DNA of 64,000 nucleotides from Chrysomallon squamiferum (taxonomy: Eukaryota; Animalia; Mollusca): the NCBI GenBank assembly GCA_012295275.1, contig CM022676.1, positions 12,834,001 to 12,898,000 of the forward strand. The letters are read 5' to 3'. The notes below the pieces were generated by a model that was not told where the DNA came from, did not search any database, and was given only the letters and a program-made list of their open reading frames with translations. Of this stretch, positions 25,016-36,299 are shown piece after piece. The number at the start of each line of letters is the position of its first letter. Within the stretch, counting starts at the first letter, position 1. The position numbers and the translations under genes were made by a program.

Positions 25016-26294
25016 GTAATAACAACAATACACAGAAAAGTGAAACTGGTTTAAATATTAAATGTATACATGATGAGAACACAATAACATTGTTTATAAG
25101 TGTGACAGGAAGAAAACTCACAGTAAATAATCATATTTGTAGATTTACTTTCAGTGTAGCCATCATATTTCCAGGAAGGAGTACAAACACACACTTTGTT
25201 ATTCTGAGTCCTGTTAGCTATGAAAGATATTGTACATGTTCTGGTTTCTTCTCTGTCAGAGCAGTGTACAGGATTATAACATGTCCAGTTCAGATTTGGT
25301 TTTGGGTTTCCACCAGTTGTAGAACAGCTCAGTGTGACAGTGTCACCCTCAAACACAGGAAACGTTGTTCCTGTAATAACCGGTGGTGAACTCGGAGGAT
25401 CTGGAAAATAATTTTATTTTAAATGAAATAGAAAAATTAGCATTTTCATCAAATCTTCATTTGTAGTTAGTAAAAGTGTTTTCATGAAAAGTAAATATTA
25501 ATAAATCGATAAATCGAACAATTTTAAACTGCTAATATGAATGTTTGAAAGCAACTGTTTTTTATGATTAACATTTCCATCATCAATCAAATTAATGACT
25601 TTTATATGCACACTTAAATTTAAAAGAAGAAAAGATTGAAAATAATATTCCATTAAATTAGTAGTTACTTTGAGATATTAAACATTCATGTTTTGCAAGA
25701 AGAACTGAATAACTCACAGTAAACTGTCAGTATCAAGGGAATAATATTATAAACTAAACACTGTACAACTCACAGTTAGCAGTCAGTGTCAACTGGTTAC
25801 TTTCAGACTATTTTGTTTTAGACTTATCCTTATTTAAATCTTGTTAATGAAATAGTTAAAATAGTTAAACTGATGTAAAGAGTATTAAAGACAAATCTGA
25901 ATAACTCACAGTGGACAGTCAGTGTTACAGTGTTACTTTCAGACTGTTTTGTTTCAGAGTTTGTCACTGTACATGTGTAAACATTTCCTGCTTCATTCCT
26001 GCTGATGTTTGTCAGTCTCAGTTGAGAGTTTGATGTGAGTTCATCATTTCCCAGCTTCCACGAGTAGGAACAGCTTGGCTTACACACAGCAACACAGTCA
26101 ACACTGAGATTTTTTCCTTCTACCACTTCAACAGGTGATGTTAAATTGAGTGTAACAGAGTCTGGACCATCTGAAATAATTAAATTATTATTAAATAAAT
26201 ATTACCTACCTGTGAGAATGTAATTTTACTTCATATTCTACTTGCACACACATGGAGATACACATTTGCATGTGCATTTGCACACACTCACACT

Positions 26295-26344
<50 letters not shown>

Positions 26345-26798
26345 CTAATTTAATTATGCCATTTAGTTTTAATGTCTAACATTGCACTGTAAAAGTGATT
26401 AAAGTTCAAATAACTCTTTAGTTAACATGATAATTACTTACAGTAAACAGGTAAAGTAAAATTGTTGCTCTGTTTTAAAGCTGTAGCCAATTCACACCAC
26501 CAGAGTGTTTCATCATCAGTTGAAGTTGTGTTTATGGTCAGTGTGTAGTTCTTTACACTTGATGATCCAACGTCTGTCCCTTCTCCACAGACTGCAGTGT
26601 AGCCAGGAGAACGAGCGAATAAAGAACAACTATCACCATTCTGATAGAGAGAACCTTTCTCTCCTGCTTTACTTTCAATCAGGTTATAAAATGTTACTCT
26701 GTCACTAAGACCATCAGCCTGTGACACAGTACAAGTAAATGTAAATTTCTCATTCAACACTGCATAAGACAAAGAACCAGAAATCTTCAGTGATACAC
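10822..26798 (-). CDS. Gene A: ITIM-bearing Ig-superfamily receptor (7 Ig + FN3 + TM + long Tyr-motif tail); +1 frameshift in Ig4 as assembled; leader exon(s) upstream unresolved
   Basis: Exons with AG/GT ends and consistent phases: 26442-26798, 25910-26170, 25122-25400, 24642-24930 (289 nt, +1 indel), 23658-23924, 22972-23268, 21625-22266 (Ig+FN3), 20884-21027 (TM), 20590-20611, 19107-19141, 18563-18628, 18208-18267, 17202-17267, 14208-14342, 13875-13976, 12523-12558, 12005-12099, 10822-10986 (stop). Tail motifs: NELYY, NDLYL, NDLYY, SLYSVV, VYENV, TYANA, LLYVGI, VEYVSI. Confidence 0.88.
12454..12496. repeat. (CA)n microsatellite
   Basis: Perfect dinucleotide run. Confidence 0.95.
16152..16203. 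repeat. (GT)n microsatellite
   Basis: Perfect dinucleotide run. Confidence 0.95.
17507..18180 (+). mobile_element. Tigger/pogo-like DNA transposon deletion derivative, copy 2 (intron of gene A)
   Basis: TA|cagtggtacctcgagttacga...cgcaagtcaaggtactactg|TA. ORF 17641-17913 encodes a CENP-B/psq-type HTH N-terminus (MDPKKVSAEKKRIMSIELNHEIIEKYERG...ICTILKQ); no DDE domain. Confidence 0.9.
20884..21027 (-). CDS. Transmembrane exon of gene A
   Basis: DLEKLSDPGALLGAAVGGAVGSVTVIVVIVTLIVLLRRR: uncharged hydrophobic span with a glycine zipper and a basic stop-transfer. Confidence 0.9.
21625..22266 (-). CDS. Ig7 + fibronectin type III exon of gene A
   Basis: YTW...LKITNFTQDDTGTYKLTVCNEVG (I-set), then GPPLPP...VFLSWLPNYPGG...FMLQYK...YNITSLKDKTVYDVRISAEN (FN3). 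Confidence 0.9.
24050..24665. repeat. 47-bp tandem array (~13 units) of the Ig4 exon 3' end plus GT donor in a gene A intron
   Basis: Donor-like positions 24641, 24594, 24547, 24500, 24453, 24406, 24359, 24316, 24275, 24228, 24181, 24134, 24087. Minus-strand unit: CTACTTCAACTTAATGTTTACT|GTAAGTTATACTTCAGTTTAACTAT. Confidence 0.92.
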
Positions 26799-28058
26799 CT
26801 GTAAAATAAAATAAAACTTGTTTTATATATTTCTGTGTGTCTATGTGGTAATCTTCACCAAAATATTCAAAATTTTCAAAGTTAAGTATTGTAAAAATAC
26901 ATTATTATATCACTCTTTCTTTCACTATTTTTCTTCTGTGCCTAATGACCTGTTTAATTTTAAACTTTTTTGTGGGGGGGGAGATGAAGGCATATTGCTA
27001 GATGTGAAAACTAACATAAATATTGTTACATGTATATATCTCTTTTTTCTCTTTCTTTTATGTTTTTTGTTTTTGTTTTGAGGCTAATAACTTGTTAGTT
27101 TTTGTATTTTTATGGTTTGGTGCTAAAATAAGAAAGAATGTGAAATCAAAGAATTTCCTGTGTTGAGTTGTCAATATTAATTACTGACAATTTGATCTAC
27201 TAACCTAAAACAATAGTTTCAATTTTTACTACTTCTATATTGTCAATAACATGTCATTTACAGTTAAAATGTTGATTCTGTTAGTATGATGTGAACAATT
27301 CGTACACATGAAATAAATAAATCTTTGTTTTGAAAATGCACAGTAAGCCCAAAATAACACACACATGCAGCTCATTACAGGAAGTAAATATTCATATTGG
27401 CAAATAAATGTTATTCACTGGCAACTGGTTATTAAACAGTAATAACCAACTGGCAGGTAAAACAATATTAGGTCTAAAAGAGTTAAACAAGCTAAACATA
27501 TTTAATTTGTAATAAATGAAGTGCAGATATGAAACACAAATGAACAAATATATATTCATTTGATAGATATGGTTGCAAAAAACATTATGAAAATTTTCAA
27601 GCCTATCTTAAATATATTTTCAGCTAAACCTTTCAAAAAAAGTTTTCTTTGGTTTTTTTTGTGTTTTTTTTTTTCTTATTATTATTAATTTATTTATTTA
27701 TTATTTTATTTTTATTATTTTTGCAACATGGCTTTTAATAATGGAATTTTGAATACTTAAAAAAAAAACTGCTAGAGAAGAGAGAAAGCAGAAATCCAAA
27801 AACGTAATAGTGTAAGTGTTGTTAAATGTATGTATTTCTTATAATTTAATAAAAATGGTGAAAATGAATCATGTGTCCACAATAATGAATTTCCTTTTAG
27901 TGTAAGCTGCCCAAATTCCTGAGACAAGAAACATAGCCATATTTGATAGATCATAAACCTGCACAGCATGACTGGATGCACTTGCCATTTGTCAAATTAG
28001 GATGAACTTTCTTTGAAATTCAATTTATGCCAATCAAAAGTTTCTCCTTTATTTAGTG

Positions 28059-28760
28059 ATATGGTACCTCAAGTTATGAGTGCTCCAATTTGCAAGTTTT
28101 CCAAGCTACAAGCAACGAACAACACAACATCCGCCCAGCATCTTGTGTCTCACTCGTTTGCTTTATGTCGTTACCTCGCTGTGGAAGCATCTCTGTTGTA
28201 TTGTGGTCACATTTTGTGCAGTATTTTGCCAAATTTCCATGGACCCTAAGAAAGTGAGTTCAAAGGACAGTGCTGACAAGAAGAAGCGATGATGTCCATT
28301 GAATCATAGAAAAACATGAGTGAGGTGTGCGTGTAGTCAACATGGCTAGGCAGTACAAGCGTAGTACTTCTACGATGTGTACCATACTGAAGTAGAAGGA
28401 GTTGATAAAGGCTATAACTCCAGCCAAAGGCATTAAAATAATTTCTAAGCTGCAGACCTCTGTCCATGAAAAGATGGAGAAACCCTAATCCTGTATACTT
28501 TACAAAACCAGTTTATTTCTTTATATTCTCTTTTATTTTGTTTTTTTTTATACAATATTTGTCATTTATACATATTTATACATACATTTTTTCTTATTTA
28601 AATACACGTTACAAAAAATTGGGATGATTTCTGGGGGACTGGAATGGATTAATGGTATTTCAATTAATTGCATTTGGAAACATTTATTTGATATACGAGC
28701 AATTTTGATTTACAAGCTCAGTCACAGAATGAATTAAATTCGTAAGTCAAGGTACCACTG
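28059..28760 (+). mobile_element. Tigger/pogo-like deletion derivative, copy 3
   Basis: tggtacctcaagttatga...cgtaagtcaaggtaccactg; MDPKKVSSKDSADKKKR remnant; colinear with 17507-18180. Confidence 0.85.
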
Positions 28761-29294
28761 AATATATATATATATATATATATATCTAACACCAATGAGT
28801 CGTGATAAACTATATTGTACAATCTATTTCTGAATGATCAAGCAGATCTGCTGGATGGCCATGCGGAATAAAAAATGAATTTCACTATCTGCAATTCATT
28901 ATTAATGTGGTTAGGCAAGAAAACTCTTCCACAAGACAATAAAACAAAGGACTCACAACAAAATAGCAAATACCTTTCATCACAGATTCACTGAAGAAAC
29001 ACTGGTTTTGATTGAATGGAATAAAATTAAAGTTAAGTTTTGGCTGAAATTAGAAACTGTCACCAGTCAAAACAGAGGTTTGGTATCATTTGCTTTAAAG
29101 AGTAATAATGACAAAACATTTTTATTTTAAAAAATTTCTGTACGAAAGGTAATAGATTTTAGTATTGCTCTACTCAATAATCATTTTAAAAATATGCCTC
29201 TGCTCCTGTATCACATAAAACTTAGCCAGCATCTTTATATGTTTCTGAAAATTCTGTTTACATAAAGAAACATGCAGCATCAAATCTGTCATAT

Positions 29295-29470
29295 TTGTAG
29301 TGATGCCCACAACTGACTATTGTAACAGTTTCTTAGTCAATGCTCCTAAATGCCTTTGCAGCATTTACAGTTAGTGCAAAACACAGATGACAAAATAGTC
29401 ACTAGAATAAAAAATATGGGTCACATCAGACCAGTCTTCCTGATGTTTCAGTAATATTGCATCGAATTTG
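29295..29470 (+). mobile_element. L2/CR1-type LINE ORF2 3' fragment (degraded)
   Basis: Translates with frameshifts to DYCNSFLV...LQLVQNTDDKIVTRIKNMGHIRPV, resembling the conserved LDYCNSLL...LQLVQNxAARxV...HITPVL tail of L2/CR1 ORF2. Confidence 0.6.
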
Positions 29471-30034
29471 AGAAAATGTATAAAGTTAAGTTATCAACTC
29501 TCTTATAATTTTGTTATTCTAATGATATTTGCATAATCTGTTGTTTACTTCAGATGTGACTGAAGCATATTAGCTTTATGTATTAACTTACTGTTGTTTC
29601 TTTAATTTGTTTTTAGTTCAATTATATTATACAGCTCCTTTTGATTTCAATATCAGCATTTTCATACATCACATAATGTATTTTACAATTTGTAGCTTCT
29701 GTTAAAATCTATTCAGTGAATAATACACTGTAAGATATGCAAGTGATGAAGAGCAGCACTTTGATTTATAAATAAATCTTATCCATTGTTTCAAATTTTT
29801 CATTCCTTCCTCTTGTTAAAATTTTCATAATTGACCATGAAAATGTTTAAAACATATCAATTATATCAAGAATTTTAACAAACAAAAACATTTTAAAAAG
29901 CAGGTTCATAAATTAACAATAAAGCAAAATACTGGTTTGTTAGTGGCTGCATTAAAACAGTGACACAATTTCATAAGAGCCTTGTAACCAAACTTTTCAT
30001 ACTAAGAATCAATTTAGTCTGCTTTTCTACATAT

Positions 30035-30368
30035 CATATAAGTACTACTCTTTTACTGCCTAGCCATATCAACTACACGCACACCTCACATGTTTTTCTA
30101 TGATTTCATGCTTTAAATCAAAGGACTTCATCTGCTTCTTCTCACCTCTGTCCTTTGCACTCACTTTCTTAGGATCCATGGTCAGAAAAAAGAAATTTGG
30201 CAAAATACTGCACAAAATGCAGACATTGTGCTGTTCACTGCACCAACTAGTGGCAGCCTATCTGATTTCAGATTTTGGCTTGCAACTGAAAGCATTAAAT
30301 TGACTGGGCAAATGTTCATAACTTGGAAAACTGTTAAGTTGGAGCACTTGTAAGTCCAGGTACCACTG
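30035..30368 (-). mobile_element. Tigger/pogo-like 5' fragment, copy 4
   Basis: One TIR (gtccaggtaccactg|TA) plus a minus-strand MDPKKVSAKDRGEKKQMKS remnant. Confidence 0.8.
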
Positions 30369-32160
30369 TAAACTGTACTGATAATGGTGTCTTTGGACTT
30401 TTTTAATGTCAACTTTGCACCATTTCAACATTTTTAATACATTTATAAATTCATACAGTAATGTACTATACACCGCAATAAACAGAATAGAAGAAATCAG
30501 CTTTAAATTCTAACCCCCACTTACCCCTTATAACCATAACTGATCAGTGTATTACCCAAAATGTAGAGTTTATTGACTTTCTCATCATTATGCCAAAACG
30601 TGTGTGCTTTCTGATTAAAATTTGTAATGTTCATTGCCTAGTTAGGACATTACCAGGACTTTTTCAGTGAAATCCTAATTAATAAATGGTGACAGCCATT
30701 ATATATATACATATATTGCACTGACATTTTGTAAACAAATAAAAGCTTTTCATTTCAATTAGTATAATACTATGTTTGGTGAAAAGATGAAGTACTGAAC
30801 TGTAATTGGTTAATTTATATAAAGTGCATACATGTACTTCTGCATCTGTATAATCGAATGCCTTCTAGTAATTAGCCAACAAATCAAAATTAAACTAAGC
30901 TGACAACAAAACAAATTTGGGAATAAAACACTCATAAGATTTGACAGCAACCTCTGATTATAAATATCTACAAAATAAAAAGCATGTGCTAAAACAAACT
31001 TTAATTTGCCAAGCCAAATCTGTTATATTTTATGACTTTTTTATATTTATTCTAATGTCAAAAGAAAAAATTTGAAAAAAAACCTTCAAGACAATTTTCA
31101 TATTTGAATTTAGGAACATCTTAAAGATTACAAAATTGTATATGCTGTCTCAGTGACTAGTCTGAGTGGTATTAATACCTACAATTTGGCACATCCCATC
31201 TAATATAATAGCATCAGGTGTTAATTATCTCAGAGAGCTTAAACTACTAAATGACTATTCTGTATCCACTAGAGAACAAAAACACAAACAAGAATTCAGT
31301 ATGGATAATTCTTTTATTTATATATATATATATATATATTACATAAATTAACCACCAAGGGCAACATACAGTTAAATGATTTGAACAATACAATTTAAAA
31401 GCAAATACTTGAAATAGCATTGCTAGATAATACTAAACCAATTAAACCTGATTTATCTACCTAATTAATCTTTTAATTATCGGCATATGTTATCTTAGTT
31501 TGTAAGTGTAAGTTTGTACCACAGAATAAAACTTTAAAAATCCAACAGTAATAGATTTAGCTATCTTCAATCAATCAACATGCATGTTACATACAAAAAA
31601 CATTAAAATATAATTAGCATAGCCTGAGTGGTCCTTTTCTTGTGCAGGTGGCCCTCAGGCACTGATCAAAGAAGTCCTGTTCAAAACTCCTGCCAGCTAC
31701 TTATATAACCATCATGCAGGTGTTCAGTAAACACCTCTGCAGACAGCCTTTCTGAATTTACTTAGCAACTTTAATGCCCATTTTGAATTTGTTAATCCCA
31801 GTGTTTCTTAGTTTGTAAAATAACATAACTTCCTCTAATTATATAATACAGCTTCTAAACAGTCCATATGTCTGCATACACTCTGCTATTTAGTTTTCAT
31901 GTATTTACCCCCATTTTCTGACATTTATTAGGTAACATTTAAGAACTGTAAAAATATAAATTATAAACATGATTATACAAGATAGCTAAATAAATATTAT
32001 CGCAAAATAATGATATATTTAAGATAAAATGTAGCAGACATTCTGCTTTAAATGGGCATATAAAAATGAAGGTTTTGTGAATATTATATAATTCACTATA
32101 TAAAAAACAAAATTACTATTAAAAACAAGTCTTGCAAAGAGGCACTAATGAGGTTCCACC

Positions 32161-32193
<33 letters not shown>

Positions 32194-32749
32194 CATGTGT
32201 GTTTGCATATGTGTGTGTGTGTGTGTGTGTTTGTAGTGTGTGTATATGCATATATCTGACAAGAGATACCTGATTTAGATAATTTAGGAAATTTTGCAGT
32301 TTAGGTGTACCTCTTGGTTTTTTTCATGGACCTTGATTACATGGATTTTGTGAAATCAAAACATAGTAACCTGGTCAAACTTCAAAGCCTTCAAAACCAG
32401 TTCCATTAAATAGAGCACTACACCATAATGGTTAAATGTTTAGCAAACACTGTTGTTACGAAAGAAGAAATATCTTAAGTATATTGGTTATCTTTTGTTT
32501 GTTGTTCAGCATCTGTGAATTCATATTAAAGCTAATTAAGTAGTGTGTGAAATGACTATTCTACTGTTACTTGTGGTGATTGGATTCTCTGCTATTAACA
32601 TTCTTTTATTATTGGCAGTGTGGCACCGATATCAACTTACTATTTGTATTTGATCACACACATATTGTAAAGGACCAGCTCAGCAAATAGCTTTGAGGTG
32701 GGTTTTTTATAGCAAAAATAAAAAACATGCCTAACACATCAAAAATAGA

Positions 32750-35350
32750 CACTATTTTAGAATTCATGTCGGCCCAATGGTCAGTATTATCAAGTTATAC
32801 AGCTTCATTATGGACCAAGAACTCACTCCTCCAACAAACCAGAAATCTGTAGAAAACTTGTAGGTGAAACCTGGTTCATGGCTATCCATGACAATCACAA
32901 ATTCCTGTTTGTGGACTTTATGTTGACAACCTTGGTGTATTCATACCAGCAGGAATTCCTTCATGGAACAAAATGTGACAATCTGCCATCCAAACATGAA
33001 ATCATCTTTGTCCACTGTACTCTTGTGCTACATACTCCAAGGACATTATCTACTATCGGGTCAGGTGAATACATCAAAGTGGAGCTCCCATAGGCATTAT
33101 TTACTGTTGGTGATGATTCTGCTATGGCTATGTCTAGTTTTGAAACTGTCCTCAAGAAGCTCATGTCTAGACTTCTGCAGTTCTGGGTTATCTCTAATAG
33201 GAAGGAGTTGCCGCAAAGATGGCTTATGATTTGTATTGTGGAGCTGATCGCCTTTTGGCTACTTGGCACTATATAATAGATGCTCTCCAAATAAATAATA
33301 TCAAGCTCTTGCCCAATGTCCTTTATCTGTTATCATCCTTGGATGGAAGTAGAAGCAAAGTATTATCACTGCAACTCTGCTTAGAATAGCTGCTCTTTCC
33401 TCTTCCACGTGAAAAGATTGATGGTCTTCAGTCCTTCTTTGGATTGTGTTCTCCCACACTTTGCCAGCCACATCACATCTTCACAATGAACAATCAGCGA
33501 AACAGTATCAAGACAGTGTCAGCTGGTCTGATACCTTAGTACATGTCTTTAAATCTGGTCACATGACTCTGCACACCAGTGAAACAGTCATTTTACCTTT
33601 GATCATCAGCTGTGGATAGTAACCAATGGCTCTGTGAAAGAAAATGCCACTGAGGCTACATTTTATATTACTTGAGAAAGTAAACTGCATCTTGTCAGTT
33701 TCATCAGTGAAAAGCTTCTAGAGAGACAGATCCTGCAGTTACAATGTGAAGTAGAGGTTTTATTCATTTCTAATGCCTCAAAACATTTCTCTCTGTATAC
33801 ATCATTCAATCCAAACACATGGCATGCATTTTTATGGAAGCAAACCCTGTATCCAAACTTTGAGAAGATGTGCTGAGGTGTACTGATATTTCTTGTCAAG
33901 TATGCTCCTTTGTACAATGTACAGATTCAGTTCTTTGAGGCATTTCTCTCCTGGATATCATGAACAGACATGCTCATATTCCACACACCAGTTGATCATC
34001 AGGACTGTCTATCCAGTTACGATGTTCAGACGCACTGTTAACATGCCATCTGGAAAAAGGGACGTATCCTTCCAGAAAAATCAAAAACATTCAAGACATT
34101 CTAAGTTATGTTAACATAGCTTCCAATGCTAAAGATGTTTTTCTCATTGATAAACACACTGAGTGATTAAGACATGTACATGAATGCATTATTTTAACAC
34201 AAGAAATACTTGGTCATCTTATCACAGCTTTACAAATACAACATGATCACTTACAACAAATACAACATATCATTAACTGAACCTTGTGGTTTGTTGCCAC
34301 TTCCAGTTTTATGCTTATGATATGGAAACTACAACTGAACATTTACAAGCAGTTATGACCAGCAGTTATCATCAGCATTCTTTATTGTCCTAGATACCTC
34401 AAACTCTTACTAAACAGTCCACCTGTCATACTCCTGGCACCATCAATCAATCATTCACTGGTGAGATAATGAGAAATAATAGTTAATCTTTGTGGTTCTA
34501 ATCTGTTATCTCTTACAACAGTCTGTATGATAAAGAAAAGATGTAGTGAGGTCTTGCAAAACACATTGGGTCAGTATTTAGCTTGGAAGTTAAACCACTT
34601 GAGGGATCATCTGCTGTAGTTCATGCTGATGATGCACCTGGTTTCCTGCATTCAAGAATGGCAGGCTGCTTGAGCAACATAGCATTACAACAGACTGGAA
34701 GAGCTAAGAATTTAAACAAGAATCAAGTGACTGAACTAGCCATTCAAGAGGTGACATATGAATTACTATTCCAAGATCCCATGGGAGGTGCAACAACCCT
34801 AAGAACACTTTCAAATGCTATTTCAATTAATGAATTTGCTCGAGGTCTCTCATCTCATGAAATGTAGACCTAATGTGACCATTTTTCCATTATTCAGATA
34901 CCACTTTCTGATATGAACCATATCCAGAAGCAACATGAGCTGTATCACATCAACCACCACTAGACTGAAATATCAAAAGCCTCGAACAGAAGAAAACCTA
35001 CTATTAACTTATTGAGGTTTATGATCTTGTGTATATTTACAATGACAAAAGCAAATTGTGTGCCAGCAAATGATACCTTGTAGTTTCAACAGAGGATTCC
35101 TGGTGCAGCGTCATAGTACTTCACAGTACCTCTTATCGTGTGGAAGTGTCATAATGCTTACGCTACCTCTCAGATAGAGAAACTGCCAGTATATCTTATT
35201 AGTGGTCACAGCTGTGACTCTTCTAAGGTTTCTTTTCGGGGTATTCCCAGCACCTGAGTTCCGTCTTTACCAGAAATACCTTCTGAGATGCCCATGTCTG
35301 CAGGAGAAACTCCAGAACTCTCAGTACCCTACAGTTGTCCATCCATTGAT
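32750..35350 (+). mobile_element. Highly degraded Ty3/Gypsy pol remnant (ADD-type RT and integrase)
   Basis: RT-like fragments SAMAMSSFETVLKKLMSRLL and EGVAAKMAYDLYCGAD (~33115-33250). ORF 34583-34867 (ADDAPGF...GRAKNLNKNQVTELAIQEV...RGLSSHEM) resembles an integrase core. Many stops and frameshifts; LTRs not identified. Confidence 0.65.
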
Positions 35351-35785
35351 CGCAGTATAGGTGATGTAGGTGTTTTAGGGTCTATGTCAGGGATTAATAA
35401 CTTCAGATTTAGACAGAATTTGTTAAGTGATAATATAATACTATCATCATAACTAGAAATATAACACATTAACCAACAGAACAAATACATTTCTACTTAC
35501 ATAAAAGGAAATAAAATGAATTTGTCTAAGTTGTTAATTGTGGGGTTGTTTTCTTTTCTTCTTTCTTTTTTTTGTTTCTTTTTTTTGTGGGGTTTTTTGT
35601 GGGTTTTTGTGGGGTTGAAACTACAAAAAAAAGGAACAGGCACTGGAAAATTAACATTATTATCATAACATAAATTTTAAGTTACATTAAATTGAATTAA
35701 ATAATATCTTAACCAAAATAATGACACAGAATATGTAACAAAATGTCTCCCTATTAATACTATGATATGAATTGATAATGCCTCA
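35350..35785 (+). repeat. Dispersed ~430-bp repeat, copy 1
   Basis: Direct copy of 38735-39185 (cagtatagg-gatgtaggtgttttaggg...aataatatcttaaccaaaataatgacacaga). Confidence 0.85.
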
Positions 35786-36299
35786 TTGATAACACTTCCA
35801 ATAAACACTTGTCCATCACCATCCATTAATAAGTACATTTCAGTGTTTTATTATTGCAACTAATTCTTTCTCTTTTCTCGTTTCATTAAATGAAACAGTA
35901 AGTGAGGTCAGTATTTAGTATCTCTAGGTATGAGTGCACTTAATTTGTTTTTGTTTGGGTTACCAATGATATTAATGAGAAGAGAAAAAAAAGATCACGC
36001 TACAGTGGTTAATTCATATTAGGGCTAATAAAGTAGCGGATGAAGTGGCTATTCTACTGTTACTTGTGATGATTTGATTCTGTCAGTCCGCTGTTGTTGT
36101 TTGTTTTTGTTTTTCCTTTTTTCCCCCATCAATAGCAAATTCCCAAACTCAAAAGGATATGGTAATTTACTATATGTTTTAAAGCAGCATCAGGTCAAAT
36201 ATTAGTTAATTTTTCTAGCAGAATTTCTTAAAATGATGTTCCTGAAAATCCAAAATAAACCTAAACGGAGAAATGGGTAAAAATAACAAATGAATATTA

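Noticed and set aside
24879-25121. Hydrophobic poly-Leu ORF
   Set aside because: Intronic (TAA)n microsatellite read on the minus strand.
10822-26798. Naming gene A as nephrin, hemicentin, CEACAM or Siglec
   Set aside because: The architecture is only analogous and orthology cannot be shown from the sequence alone, so no gene symbol is given.
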